A stretch of DNA of 64,000 nucleotides from an uncultured Ferrimicrobium sp. GTDB taxonomy: Bacteria > Actinomycetota > Acidimicrobiia > Acidimicrobiales > RAAP-2. Made by a program: the position numbers and the translations under genes. Each line of letters starts with the position of its first letter. Within the stretch, counting starts at the first letter, position 1. Positions 20,161 through 27,985 of this stretch are shown piece after piece. The notes beneath the pieces were generated by a model. The model was given only the letters and a program-made list of their open reading frames with translations, searched no databases and had not been told where the DNA came from. The stretch lies in contig CAYUZO010000005.1 in assembly GCA_964449735.1 (NCBI GenBank), positions 6,071 to 70,070 of the forward strand. The letters are read 5' to 3'.

Positions 20161-20170
20161 TTCTTAAGAA
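20161..20170. promoter_or_regulatory. perfect AT-rich 10-bp palindrome TTCTTAAGAA in a divergent promoter region
   Basis: It lies 20 nt upstream of the desaturase ATG (20141) and 58 nt upstream of the nucleotidyltransferase ATG (20228). It is the only AT-rich patch in this 86-nt spacer. Confidence 0.3.
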
Positions 20171-20227
20171 ATGCAAGCTGAGGAGCGGGGATTGCCTCGC
20201 CCCGGCCCGGGCCCGTAGCGTTGGGAG

Positions 20228-21067
20228 ATGGCCGGACCCACCCTCGTGATCCTCGCCGCCGGTCGCGCCCGGCGCTACGGGGGCATCAAGCAGTTGGCCC
20301 CGATCGGGACTCATGGCGAGGCCACCATCGACCTGATCGCCTCGGACGCGCTAGCCGGCGGGTTCGAGGAGTTCGTCGTCGTCATCAACCGTGAGACCGG
20401 CCCGGTCATCCAGGACCACGTGGCCGAGCACTGGCCGATGGCCGATCGGGTGGCCTTCGCCTTCCAGGACTCGCTGCGCGGGACCGTCGACGCCGTCCTC
20501 TCGGCCGAGGATCTCGTGGGCCACGAGGTGCCCTTTGGCATCTCCAACGCCGACGACATCTACGGCGTCGACGCCCTGCGTCAACTGGGAGGCCACCTGG
20601 CCTCCTCGGGGGAGTCCTGCCTGATCGCCTACCGCCTCGAGAACTCCCTGGTTGGCGATCTGCCGGTCTCGCGCGGCACCTGCCGTGCGGTCGAGGGCTA
20701 CCTGCGGCGCATCGTCGAGCGGCGCAACGTCCACCTCCAGCCCGAGGGTCTGGTCGCCGACGACGGGCTCCACCCACGCCATCTCGACCCCCAGCTGCTG
20801 GTCTCGATGAATCTCTGGGGATTCCAACCCGAGGTTTGGCCCCTCCTGCACCGGGCGATGGCCGAGAACGACTTCGAGCTCAACTCCGAGGTGCTGCTGC
20901 CGACCTTCGTGGCCGAAGCGATGAACCGGGACCAGCTGGCCGTGCGGGTCCTCGAGACCGCCTCGCGCTGCATCGGAGTGACCCACGCCCAGGACCTCGA
21001 GCTGGCCCAGGCGCTCCTGCGCGAGGAGGTCGAGGCCGGCCTTCGCCCCGAGCGGACCTTCGCCTAG
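20228..21067 (+). CDS. nucleotidyltransferase (sugar-1-phosphate NTP-transferase fold)
   Basis: The N-terminal LVILAAGRARRYGGIKQL signature is present in a 279-aa ORF. Confidence 0.8.
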   Translation: MAGPTLVILAAGRARRYGGIKQLAPIGTHGEATIDLIASDALAGGFEEFVVVINRETGPVIQDHVAEHWPMADRVAFAFQDSLRGTVDAVLSAEDLVGHEVPFGISNADDIYGVDALRQLGGHLASSGESCLIAYRLENSLVGDLPVSRGTCRAVEGYLRRIVERRNVHLQPEGLVADDGLHPRHLDPQLLVSMNLWGFQPEVWPLLHRAMAENDFELNSEVLLPTFVAEAMNRDQLAVRVLETASRCIGVTHAQDLELAQALLREEVEAGLRPERTFA

Positions 21068-21804
21068 CTGGCCGTGATCGCGATCACCGGGTGGGCGCTG
21101 GGAAGCAGCCACGCCAGCAGCCGGTAGAGGGTGGCTCGGGGAATAGCCACGCAGCCGGTCGTCGGCCCACCGTCGTCGGCGTGCAGGAAGATGCCTGAGC
21201 CACGCCCGGCCACCCGCCGGGGGTTGAATTCGATCACGGCGAAGATCGGGTAGGCCCGGGTCTCGGTCCACAGGGCCTCGCCGGTGAAGGGCGGCGTCAC
21301 GCCGCACGGGACGATGACCAGCTCGTCGTAAGAGACCGAGCGCGGGTCCTCGTCCCACCAATCCCCGCAGGTCAGGCGGCGGTAGGGATAGGCGTCGTGG
21401 GGATCGGGCCCGTCGCCGAGCAGGCGCCCCCCGAGCGCGAAGGTCCCCAGTGGCGTCGTCTCGTCCCCCTCGTGACGCCATCGGCGCAGTCCCGCCCGCC
21501 CCACCCGGGCGCGCACGGGACCGAACGCCCGCACCCAGCAGCCGGCCACCTCTCCGTATGCATCGAGAGTGGCCACGGTCGAGGCCGCCGACGGCGCGTG
21601 GACCGTGATGACCTGGCGGGCGTCGGCGGGGACCCGTCGGCCCGGTGCCCGCGTCAGGCAGGGTGCGGTGGGAGGCGCGGTCGTCGTCACCACCGAGGTG
21701 GTCGTGCTGGGGGATGCGGTCGTCGTGGTGATGCTGTCGCCCGCGGCGAGGCCGGGGACGAGCGCGCCCGCCACGACGAGGATGGCGACGACCCGGACCC
21801 TCAT
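21064..21804 (-). CDS. secreted L,D-transpeptidase-family protein (YkuD fold)
   Basis: A signal peptide (MRVRVVAILVVAGALVPGLAAG) and the catalytic block GIFLHADDGGPTTGCVAI are present. Confidence 0.8.
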   Translation of the reverse strand: MRVRVVAILVVAGALVPGLAAGDSITTTTASPSTTTSVVTTTAPPTAPCLTRAPGRRVPADARQVITVHAPSAASTVATLDAYGEVAGCWVRAFGPVRARVGRAGLRRWRHEGDETTPLGTFALGGRLLGDGPDPHDAYPYRRLTCGDWWDEDPRSVSYDELVIVPCGVTPPFTGEALWTETRAYPIFAVIEFNPRRVAGRGSGIFLHADDGGPTTGCVAIPRATLYRLLAWLLPSAHPVIAITAS

Positions 21805-21862
21805 CCTCGCAACCTACCGACCGGCCCGGGCACACGTCACGGGGGGTGGTTAGGGTCGGACC

Positions 21863-22402
21863 ATGTCACACCTCGACGAGCACGGTCGGCCCGAGCCTCC
21901 CCTCCACGCCACGGAGCGTGAGACGCTGCTCGGCTTCCTCGACTACCAGAGAGCGACCTTCGCCTGGAAGACCCGGGGCGTCGACCGCGACGGACTGAAC
22001 CTGCGTGTCGCCGCCTCCTCCCTGTCCCTCGGTGGGATGCTCAAGCACCTGGCGGCAGTGGAGGACTACTGGTTCTCCTACTGGCTCGACGGAGCCGACC
22101 TCGCCGAGCCCTTCGCCCACATCGACCTCGAGACCGAGACCGACTGGGAGTGGGAGAGCGCCCGCCACGACTCTCCCGACTACCTGCGCTCCCTTTGGGA
22201 GGACTTCGCTGAGCGGTCGCGCACCCGCGTGTCCGCCGCCTTGGAGCGCGGCGACCTCAGCCAGTCCACCGCGCGCCTCAGCCCGTCGGGCGAGAGCCCG
22301 AGTCTCCGATGGGTGCTCTGCCACATGATCGAGGAGTACGCGCGCCACAACGGCCACGCCGATCTCCTGCGAGAGGCCGTCGACGGCGAGGTCGGCGAGT
22401 AG
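21863..22402 (+). CDS. DinB-family (DUF664) protein
   Basis: The 179-aa ORF has the C-terminal HMIEEYARHNGHADLLRE motif. Confidence 0.85.
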   Translation: MSHLDEHGRPEPPLHATERETLLGFLDYQRATFAWKTRGVDRDGLNLRVAASSLSLGGMLKHLAAVEDYWFSYWLDGADLAEPFAHIDLETETDWEWESARHDSPDYLRSLWEDFAERSRTRVSAALERGDLSQSTARLSPSGESPSLRWVLCHMIEEYARHNGHADLLREAVDGEVGE

Positions 22403-22407
22403 TCAAC

Positions 22408-23370
22408 TCAGCGCAGCGGATGCCGGCCCTTGACCACACGAGCCACGACCGCTCCGACCATGGCCAGCCCGACGATCAGCGAAAACATCGTCGCCACCGG
22501 TCCGCGAAGGTAGATCGCGAGAAGGCGCACCGTCATCGAGAAGAGGGTCACGACCCCCAGTCCGAGGACTGGCGGTTGGTGGGCGCGAACCCCATAGGTG
22601 ACCCCCGCCGCCGCGGTCGCCAGACCGAGCGACAGCGCCAACACGTTCTGATTCCCCATCATGACCATCGCCCCCATGAGTGCCCCCGCCTGACCCAGTA
22701 GCAGACCAGCGAGACGCGGACGAAGGACCGTCGCTCCGAGGACCGCCATCGCGACGGAGACCGTCCACAGGAGGAAGCCGCCCAGGAGCGGGCCGACCGT
22801 CCAGTGCAACGCGTTGACGGCCCCGACGACCGTCGCCACCGCTCCGGCGACGGTCGACAGGAACTGCAGTGGCCGGTCCTGGTTGCGCCAGAGCGAGGCC
22901 GACAGGGCCGCGACGACGGCTCCCGTCCAAAGGGCCGTCACCGCGGGGTGGCCGTGGCCGAGTCGGTCGGCGAGGACAGCTGCCACCATGGCCACGCCGC
23001 CCGTGCCACAGAACCAGAGGAACCACGCCAAACGGGTCGTCCCCGGCTCATCGAGACGTTGCACGACTGCCCCCGCGAAGAAACCAACCCCGGCCACCAC
23101 GGCGCCGACGGCAACTCGACCAGCGAGTCCGATCTCCTGCCAGACGTGATTGACCAGCGCCGCGCCGCTCGCGACGACGATCACCACCCCGAGGTAGACG
23201 AGGATCTCCGCCAGCGGACTCAGACGGCCCCGCGTCGTCGACGGCTCGACCTGAGGGTGCTCGAGGTGGAGGATCTGCTCGCCCTGCTCAGAAGTCAGAA
23301 TCCCGCCCCGCACCCACTCCTCGACGTGGCTTCCCAGCTCGCCGCTGCCCCACTCACGACGCTGCTCCAT
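22408..23370 (-). CDS. polytopic membrane protein (DUF2157-like)
   Basis: The 320-aa ORF has a soluble N-terminal ~45 aa followed by ~8 TM segments. Confidence 0.6.
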   Translation of the reverse strand: MEQRREWGSGELGSHVEEWVRGGILTSEQGEQILHLEHPQVEPSTTRGRLSPLAEILVYLGVVIVVASGAALVNHVWQEIGLAGRVAVGAVVAGVGFFAGAVVQRLDEPGTTRLAWFLWFCGTGGVAMVAAVLADRLGHGHPAVTALWTGAVVAALSASLWRNQDRPLQFLSTVAGAVATVVGAVNALHWTVGPLLGGFLLWTVSVAMAVLGATVLRPRLAGLLLGQAGALMGAMVMMGNQNVLALSLGLATAAAGVTYGVRAHQPPVLGLGVVTLFSMTVRLLAIYLRGPVATMFSLIVGLAMVGAVVARVVKGRHPLR

Positions 23371-23428
23371 GACAGCCTCCTCGCCAGTCGTCTCCTTCCA
23401 GTGTCCACCGACACCGGACGGGACACAC

Positions 23429-23460
23429 GGGGACGGGACCTTGGTCCCACAGGGGTCCCC
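23429..23460 (-). terminator. nested GC hairpin abutting the stop codon of the YHS-permease gene
   Basis: The outer arms are GGGGAC (23429..23434) and GTCCCC (23455..23460). The inner palindrome is GGGACC-tt-GGTCCC (23435..23448). The structure is read directly; terminator function is not shown. Confidence 0.3.
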
Positions 23461-25073
23461 TAACGGGGCGTGGAGTCGAAGGTCTCGGCGCAGTGCTCAC
23501 AGCAGAAGTAGAAGGTCTCACCCTCTCGGGTGCGCGTGGCGGCAGCCGTTTGCACCTCGACCGTCATCTGGCAGATCGGGTCCACCGCCGTGGTGGGAGT
23601 GGGGACCTGGTCGTCGAAGGTCTCGGCGCAGTGCTCACAGCAGAAGTAGAAGGTCTCACCCTCTCGGGTGCGCGTGGCGGCAGCCGTTTGCACCTCGACC
23701 GTCATCTGGCAGATCGGGTCCACCGCTGTGGCCCGTGGCCGCACGCCCAGAGTCAATGGCACGCTCTCAGCGAGAGCCGCTCCGCCGCTCCTCGCCCCGG
23801 CACGTTGCTCGGCGCGCACGAAACGCGCCGGATCGGCGGCGAAGCGGTCGCGACAGCGGTCGGCGCAGAAGTAGTAGCTCTCCCCCTCGTGGCGCAGCCA
23901 CGCAGGGGCCTCGCTGGTGCGCACCTGCATGCCGCAGACCGGGTCTAGGGCGTAGCCGGCGTCGGCGGGCGCGTGGCGGCGCGCCATCCACCACATCCAT
24001 CCCGCGAGGACCACCGCGACGATGTTGAGGTAGGCGGTCGGTCCCCAGTGCGGGGTGGCGGTCGCCGCCACGACCGGGTGGTGCGTGGGCACGGCGTGGA
24101 ACAGGGCGAAGACCCCCTCGGTGGCCAGGCCGGCCAGCGCCATCACCCCGTACAGGAGCCCGAGCATCCTCCAGGTCATCGACGCGCCGTAGAAGCGCCT
24201 ATAGACGAGGAGCAGCGGCATCGAGATGAGATCGGCGAAGACGAAGGCGATCACCCCGCCAAAGGAGATCCCACCGTTCCACAGGGCTGCGGCGAGGGGC
24301 ACGTTCCCCACCGAGCAGACCCAGCTGATGATGGCGATCACCGGTCCCACGAGGACGTTCTCGACGTCGGCGAGCAGTCCGTGCCCGTGCAGGAAGAGCC
24401 CACCCCACCAGCTCGCTGGCACAGTCGCAGCGAGCAGACCGGCCACCAGGTACCCGGCGAAGAGCTCGCGACGCAGCATCGTGAAGTCGGCGAGCGCGTA
24501 GCGCGACGCGTCGGACCAACCCGCGGCGGTGCGCCAACTCGAAGCGGGCGCCTCGGGGACCTCGACTGGTCCGCAGCTCGGATCCGGGAGCGGGCCGGCT
24601 TGTCCGAGGTGGCGCCGGGCCGCCGCGACGGCGGCGGGCGTGAGGACGAGGCCACCGAGCAGACCCAGCAGGCCGATCATGATCGGGCCACCGACGAACT
24701 CGCCGACGGCGAACTGCCAGCCGAGCAACACCACCAAGACGGCCCCCAACTCGATGACGAGGTTGGTCGAGGCGATCATGAAGGCCAGGGCCGCCACGAA
24801 GTCAGCACCCTTGGCCACCAGGGACTTGGTCATGGCGGAGGCCGCGTAGGAGCAGCTCGACGAGGCCATGCCGTAGCCCGAGGCCCTTAGCAGCGAGAGG
24901 GGACGGTGGTCGCCGAGTCGCCGACGCATCTGGTCCCGGGTCACGAAGGCCTGGACGGCCCCCGAGATGCCGAGGCCCAAGGCGAGGGCCCACAGAGTCT
25001 CCCAGAACATGTAGAGACCCTCACGCAGGCCGCGCCCGATCTCGACCAACCAGAGGGCGGTCGCGAGGTTCAT
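23460..25073 (-). CDS. ArsP/DUF318-type permease fused to three C-terminal YHS (TRASH-like) metal-binding domains
   Basis: The 537-aa ORF has a permease core with the SSCSY motif. Three domains follow: DPVCGMQV...YYFCADRCRDRF, and two copies of DPICQMTV...FYFCCEHCAETF. The gene overlaps the csoR stop by 4 nt. Confidence 0.85.
   Translation of the reverse strand: MNLATALWLVEIGRGLREGLYMFWETLWALALGLGISGAVQAFVTRDQMRRRLGDHRPLSLLRASGYGMASSSCSYAASAMTKSLVAKGADFVAALAFMIASTNLVIELGAVLVVLLGWQFAVGEFVGGPIMIGLLGLLGGLVLTPAAVAAARRHLGQAGPLPDPSCGPVEVPEAPASSWRTAAGWSDASRYALADFTMLRRELFAGYLVAGLLAATVPASWWGGLFLHGHGLLADVENVLVGPVIAIISWVCSVGNVPLAAALWNGGISFGGVIAFVFADLISMPLLLVYRRFYGASMTWRMLGLLYGVMALAGLATEGVFALFHAVPTHHPVVAATATPHWGPTAYLNIVAVVLAGWMWWMARRHAPADAGYALDPVCGMQVRTSEAPAWLRHEGESYYFCADRCRDRFAADPARFVRAEQRAGARSGGAALAESVPLTLGVRPRATAVDPICQMTVEVQTAAATRTREGETFYFCCEHCAETFDDQVPTPTTAVDPICQMTVEVQTAAATRTREGETFYFCCEHCAETFDSTPR
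23476..23727. repeat. in-frame tandem duplication (period 138 bp, ~114 bp identical) encoding two identical YHS domains
   Basis: Region 23476..23589 is identical, by my reading, to 23614..23727. The peptide TAVDPICQMTVEVQTAAATRTREGETFYFCCEHCAETFD occurs twice, separated by DQVPTPT. Confidence 0.9.
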
Positions 25074-25357
25074 GAGCGCACCAGGCGGGCGATGGCGGCC
25101 GAGGCCTCCGCCACCTTCGACTCGGCGTCGGCGCCGCCTTCGGCGAGCGCGTGGGCGACGCAGTGCGAGAGGTGGTCCTCGACGAGCAGGAGCGCCACCC
25201 CCTGAAGGGCCTTGGTCGCGGCGGCGATCTGGTCGAGGACGTCGATGCAGTACCGCTCACTCTGGACCATCTCGGCGATGCCCCGCACCTGCCCCTCGAC
25301 GCGGCGCAGCCGCTTGAGAACCGCCGCCTGGTCGTCGGAGTAACCGGGGTTCGCCAT
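25070..25357 (-). CDS. csoR: CsoR-family Cu(I)-sensing transcriptional repressor
   Basis: The 95-aa ORF has the Cys-His-Cys ligand pattern (RYCIDVL ... HLSHCV) and the RLRRVEGQVRGI helix. Confidence 0.9.
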   Translation of the reverse strand: MANPGYSDDQAAVLKRLRRVEGQVRGIAEMVQSERYCIDVLDQIAAATKALQGVALLLVEDHLSHCVAHALAEGGADAESKVAEASAAIARLVRS

Positions 25358-25360
25358 CCT

Positions 25361-25391
25361 GCCTCCTATACCCCTCTAGGGTATAGGAGGC
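25361..25391. promoter_or_regulatory. candidate CsoR operator: 13-nt perfect inverted repeat with a 5-nt centre, overlapping the csoR Shine-Dalgarno
   Basis: The sequence GCCTCCTATACCC-ctcta-GGGTATAGGAGGC begins 4 nt upstream of the csoR ATG. It contains a TACCC...GGGTA core of the kind reported for CsoR operators (recalled, not searched). Confidence 0.65.
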
Positions 25392-25484
25392 AGACTACCG
25401 CCACCTAGAGAGTCCCCTGGCGTGACCTTCGTCCCTTCGCCCCCGCCCTCACTACCCCTACCCTGGAGGTGAGAGGAGGTCGAC

Positions 25485-25610
25485 ATGAGGACCTTCAAGA
25501 TCTCACGCTGGATGCCGGCTCGTCGTCGCTCGAAGGGTCGGACCCATCAGGAGGCTCGCGAGCAGAGCCGCGAGGTCGCCCACCGCGAGCACCGTTACTG
25601 GTCGCGGTAG
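25485..25610 (+). CDS. 41-aa highly basic small ORF with a strong SD, directly upstream of the sulfatase gene
   Basis: GAGAGGAGG lies 6 nt before the ATG. The peptide is MRTFKISRWMPARRRSKGRTHQEAREQSREVAHREHRYWSR. The stop is 4 nt before the sulfatase ORF. I recognised no family. Confidence 0.35.
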   Translation: MRTFKISRWMPARRRSKGRTHQEAREQSREVAHREHRYWSR

Positions 25611-25614
25611 GTCT

Positions 25615-27078
25615 TTGGCGCCCAACCGTAGAGTCGGCGGGGTGAACGTCCTGTTCGTCACGCTCGACCAGTTTCGCGGGGACTGCCTCTCGGCGGCCGG
25701 CCACCCGAGCGTGCGCACCCCCACCCTCGATCAGATCGCCGCCGAAGGGGTCCGGCTGGCTCGCCACTTCTCCCAGGCGGCACCCTGCTCGCCGGGCCGG
25801 GCGGCGCTCTACACGGGCACCTACCAGATGAACAACCGGGTCGTGGCCAACGGCTCGCCACTGTCGAGCGACTTCGACAACCTGGCGACGATGGGTCGAC
25901 GGGCCGGCTACCGGCCGACGCTCTTTGGCTACACCGATCAAGGTGTCGACCCCCGAGCGGTGCCACCCGAGGACCCCCGCTTGGAGGACTACGCGGGGAT
26001 TCTTCCCGGCTTCGAGCTCGGGCTCTACCTGCCCGAGGACCAGGCACCCTGGGTCGAGCACCTGCGAACCCTCGGGTACGAGGTCCCCTACGGGCTGGAT
26101 GAGGCATTGGCTGGCGAGCCCGACCGGCCCGCCGAGCACTCTCTCGCCGCCTTCTTGACCGATGGCTTCCTCCACTGGCTCGACGGACGAGAGGGCCCCT
26201 GGTTCGCCCACCTCTCCTACCTGCGGCCCCATCCCCCCTACGGCGCGGCGGGCGAGTTCGCCACTCGGGTCGACCCGGCGACCGTTCCCCTGCCCCTCGC
26301 GCCCCAGGCCGAGGGCCGCCATCCGTTGCACGAGCTGGCCTTGGCGTGGAGCGAGACCCGCGCGCCCGCCGACGAGGCGGGGCTGCGCCAGTTGCGCGCC
26401 CACTACTACGGCGCGATCGAGGAAGTCGACCATCAGTTGGGGCGCGTCGTCAGTTCACTGCGCGAGCGCGGCGAGTGGGAGGACACCCTCGTCGTGGTGA
26501 CCTCGGACCACGGTGACCAGCTGGGTGACCACGGCCTCGTGGAGAAGCTCGGCTACTTCCCCCAGAGCTTCCACGTGATCGGCCTGTGGCGCGACCCGCG
26601 CGAGCCCTACGCCGGCACCGTCATCGAGCGCTTCACCGAGAACGTGGACTGGATGCCGACCCTGGCGGTGGCGCTCGGGCTCGAGCCTCCGCGCCAGTGC
26701 GACGGTCGAGTCCTCCAGGAGCTCCTCGACGGCTCGGCGACCGAGTGGCGACGGGCCGCTCACTACGAGTGGGACTGGCGGTTCCTCGCCATCGGGCCCA
26801 CCACGCCGCGCTGGCCCTACAGCCGCGACCTCTCGAGGTCCCACCTGGCGGTCGGGGTCTCCGAGGAGATCGCCTACGTGCAGTTCGGCGACGGCTCCTC
26901 CCTCTGCTTCGACCTGGCCGCCGACCCCACGTGGCGCACGCCCTGCGAGGACCCCGCCCGGGTCCTGGCCGCCGCCCAGGAGATGCTGGTGTGGCGCGGT
27001 GAGCATCTGGGGCGCACCTTGACCGACATGCTGCTCGCCCCGGGTCGCCCGGGCCACTGGCCCGAAGGGACCCCGTGA
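25615..27078 (+). CDS. sulfatase-family hydrolase, phosphonate-monoester-hydrolase/arylsulfatase-like, no signal peptide
   Basis: The LFVTLDQFRGD metal site and the C-x-P-x-R formylglycine motif (CSPGR) followed by LYTGTYQMNNR are present. The true start may be GTG 25642. Confidence 0.85.
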   Translation: MAPNRRVGGVNVLFVTLDQFRGDCLSAAGHPSVRTPTLDQIAAEGVRLARHFSQAAPCSPGRAALYTGTYQMNNRVVANGSPLSSDFDNLATMGRRAGYRPTLFGYTDQGVDPRAVPPEDPRLEDYAGILPGFELGLYLPEDQAPWVEHLRTLGYEVPYGLDEALAGEPDRPAEHSLAAFLTDGFLHWLDGREGPWFAHLSYLRPHPPYGAAGEFATRVDPATVPLPLAPQAEGRHPLHELALAWSETRAPADEAGLRQLRAHYYGAIEEVDHQLGRVVSSLRERGEWEDTLVVVTSDHGDQLGDHGLVEKLGYFPQSFHVIGLWRDPREPYAGTVIERFTENVDWMPTLAVALGLEPPRQCDGRVLQELLDGSATEWRRAAHYEWDWRFLAIGPTTPRWPYSRDLSRSHLAVGVSEEIAYVQFGDGSSLCFDLAADPTWRTPCEDPARVLAAAQEMLVWRGEHLGRTLTDMLLAPGRPGHWPEGTP

Positions 27079-27953
27079 CCTCTCAGCAAGTGCGCCTCGG
27101 GGTCTTCTCGCGGCCCCTGCTGGTCGACCTCGCCGAGGAGACCGGTCGGCTCGCCGAGGCCTCCCTCACGGTGTCGCGCGAGCCGGTCTCCTCCTCCAAG
27201 GCCCAGTTCGCCGCGCTGGACGACGGGCAGCTCGACGCCGCGCTCACCGGCCCCGACAACGTCCTCGCCTACGGACTCAGCGCGCAGAACCCGCTGGGAC
27301 GACTCGTCGAGGTCGAGGTCCTCGGGGGCGTCGATCGGGGGCTCGGGCTGGGGCTCTGGCGGGCCCCGGGGGACACCTCGTCCCTGGCCGGGGGGCGCCT
27401 CGGCGTCGACGTGGCCGCCTCGGGCTTCGCGCTCGTCGCCTTCGCCCTCTTGGAGGCTCGCGGTCTCGGACGGCAGGACTACGAGGTCCTCGAAATCGGC
27501 TCGACGCCTCGCCGGGCGCGGGCCCTGGTCGAAGGGGCCTGCGACCTCACCATCCTCAACGCGGGCAACGAACTGTGGGCCGCGGCGCGCGGAGCCACCG
27601 CGCTCGCCAGCGTCGAGGAGCTCGGGCCCTACCTCGGCACCGTCCTGGTGGCCCCCGATCCCACCCCCGCGGTCCGCACCCTCGCCACGGTTCTCGCCGG
27701 GTTGGCCACCGAGGTCCTCGAGGGCCGTCACGATCGGACACTCGCCGCGCTCGCCGTCCGCCAGCTCGAGCTCGACGAGAGCGGAGCGGCCGCTCACGTC
27801 GCCATCCTGCGCAGCGAGCGCCACGGCCTGATCGCTGGGGGCCAGGTGGACGAGGCGAGTCTCGACACCGTCGTCGGGCTCCGCCGTCGCCTGGCCCCGA
27901 CGGCCGCGCTCCTCGGCGAGGCCGACCCGGCCCGGGTCCTGCGGCCTCACTGA
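27075..27953 (+). CDS. hypothetical cytoplasmic protein with a periplasmic-binding-protein type 2 (NMT1/SsuA-like) pattern
   Basis: The 292-aa ORF overlaps the sulfatase stop by 4 nt and has no signal peptide. The fold assignment is weak. Confidence 0.45.
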   Translation: MTSQQVRLGVFSRPLLVDLAEETGRLAEASLTVSREPVSSSKAQFAALDDGQLDAALTGPDNVLAYGLSAQNPLGRLVEVEVLGGVDRGLGLGLWRAPGDTSSLAGGRLGVDVAASGFALVAFALLEARGLGRQDYEVLEIGSTPRRARALVEGACDLTILNAGNELWAAARGATALASVEELGPYLGTVLVAPDPTPAVRTLATVLAGLATEVLEGRHDRTLAALAVRQLELDESGAAAHVAILRSERHGLIAGGQVDEASLDTVVGLRRRLAPTAALLGEADPARVLRPH

Positions 27954-27985
27954 CGAACCACGACCTCAGGTGGCAGACTGCCGCC

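Noticed and set aside
20351-21835. 494-aa ORF on the minus strand, among the longest single ORFs in this part of the window
   Set aside because: Its composition is extremely Arg/Gly/Pro-rich. It runs antisense to the well-supported nucleotidyltransferase gene and out of frame over the L,D-transpeptidase gene. This is a typical high-GC shadow ORF.
23476-23727. Possible CRISPR-like or minisatellite array because of the exact repeat
   Set aside because: There are only two copies, the period of 138 bp is a multiple of three, and the repeat lies inside a coding region encoding a duplicated YHS domain. No cas genes are present. I saw no CRISPR array anywhere in the window.
25495-27950. Minus-strand ORFs 25495..26433, 26455..27057 and 26874..27950 antisense to the sulfatase and its partner gene
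   Set aside because: They have no motifs and a biased composition. The plus-strand sulfatase signature (CSPGR and others) is decisive.
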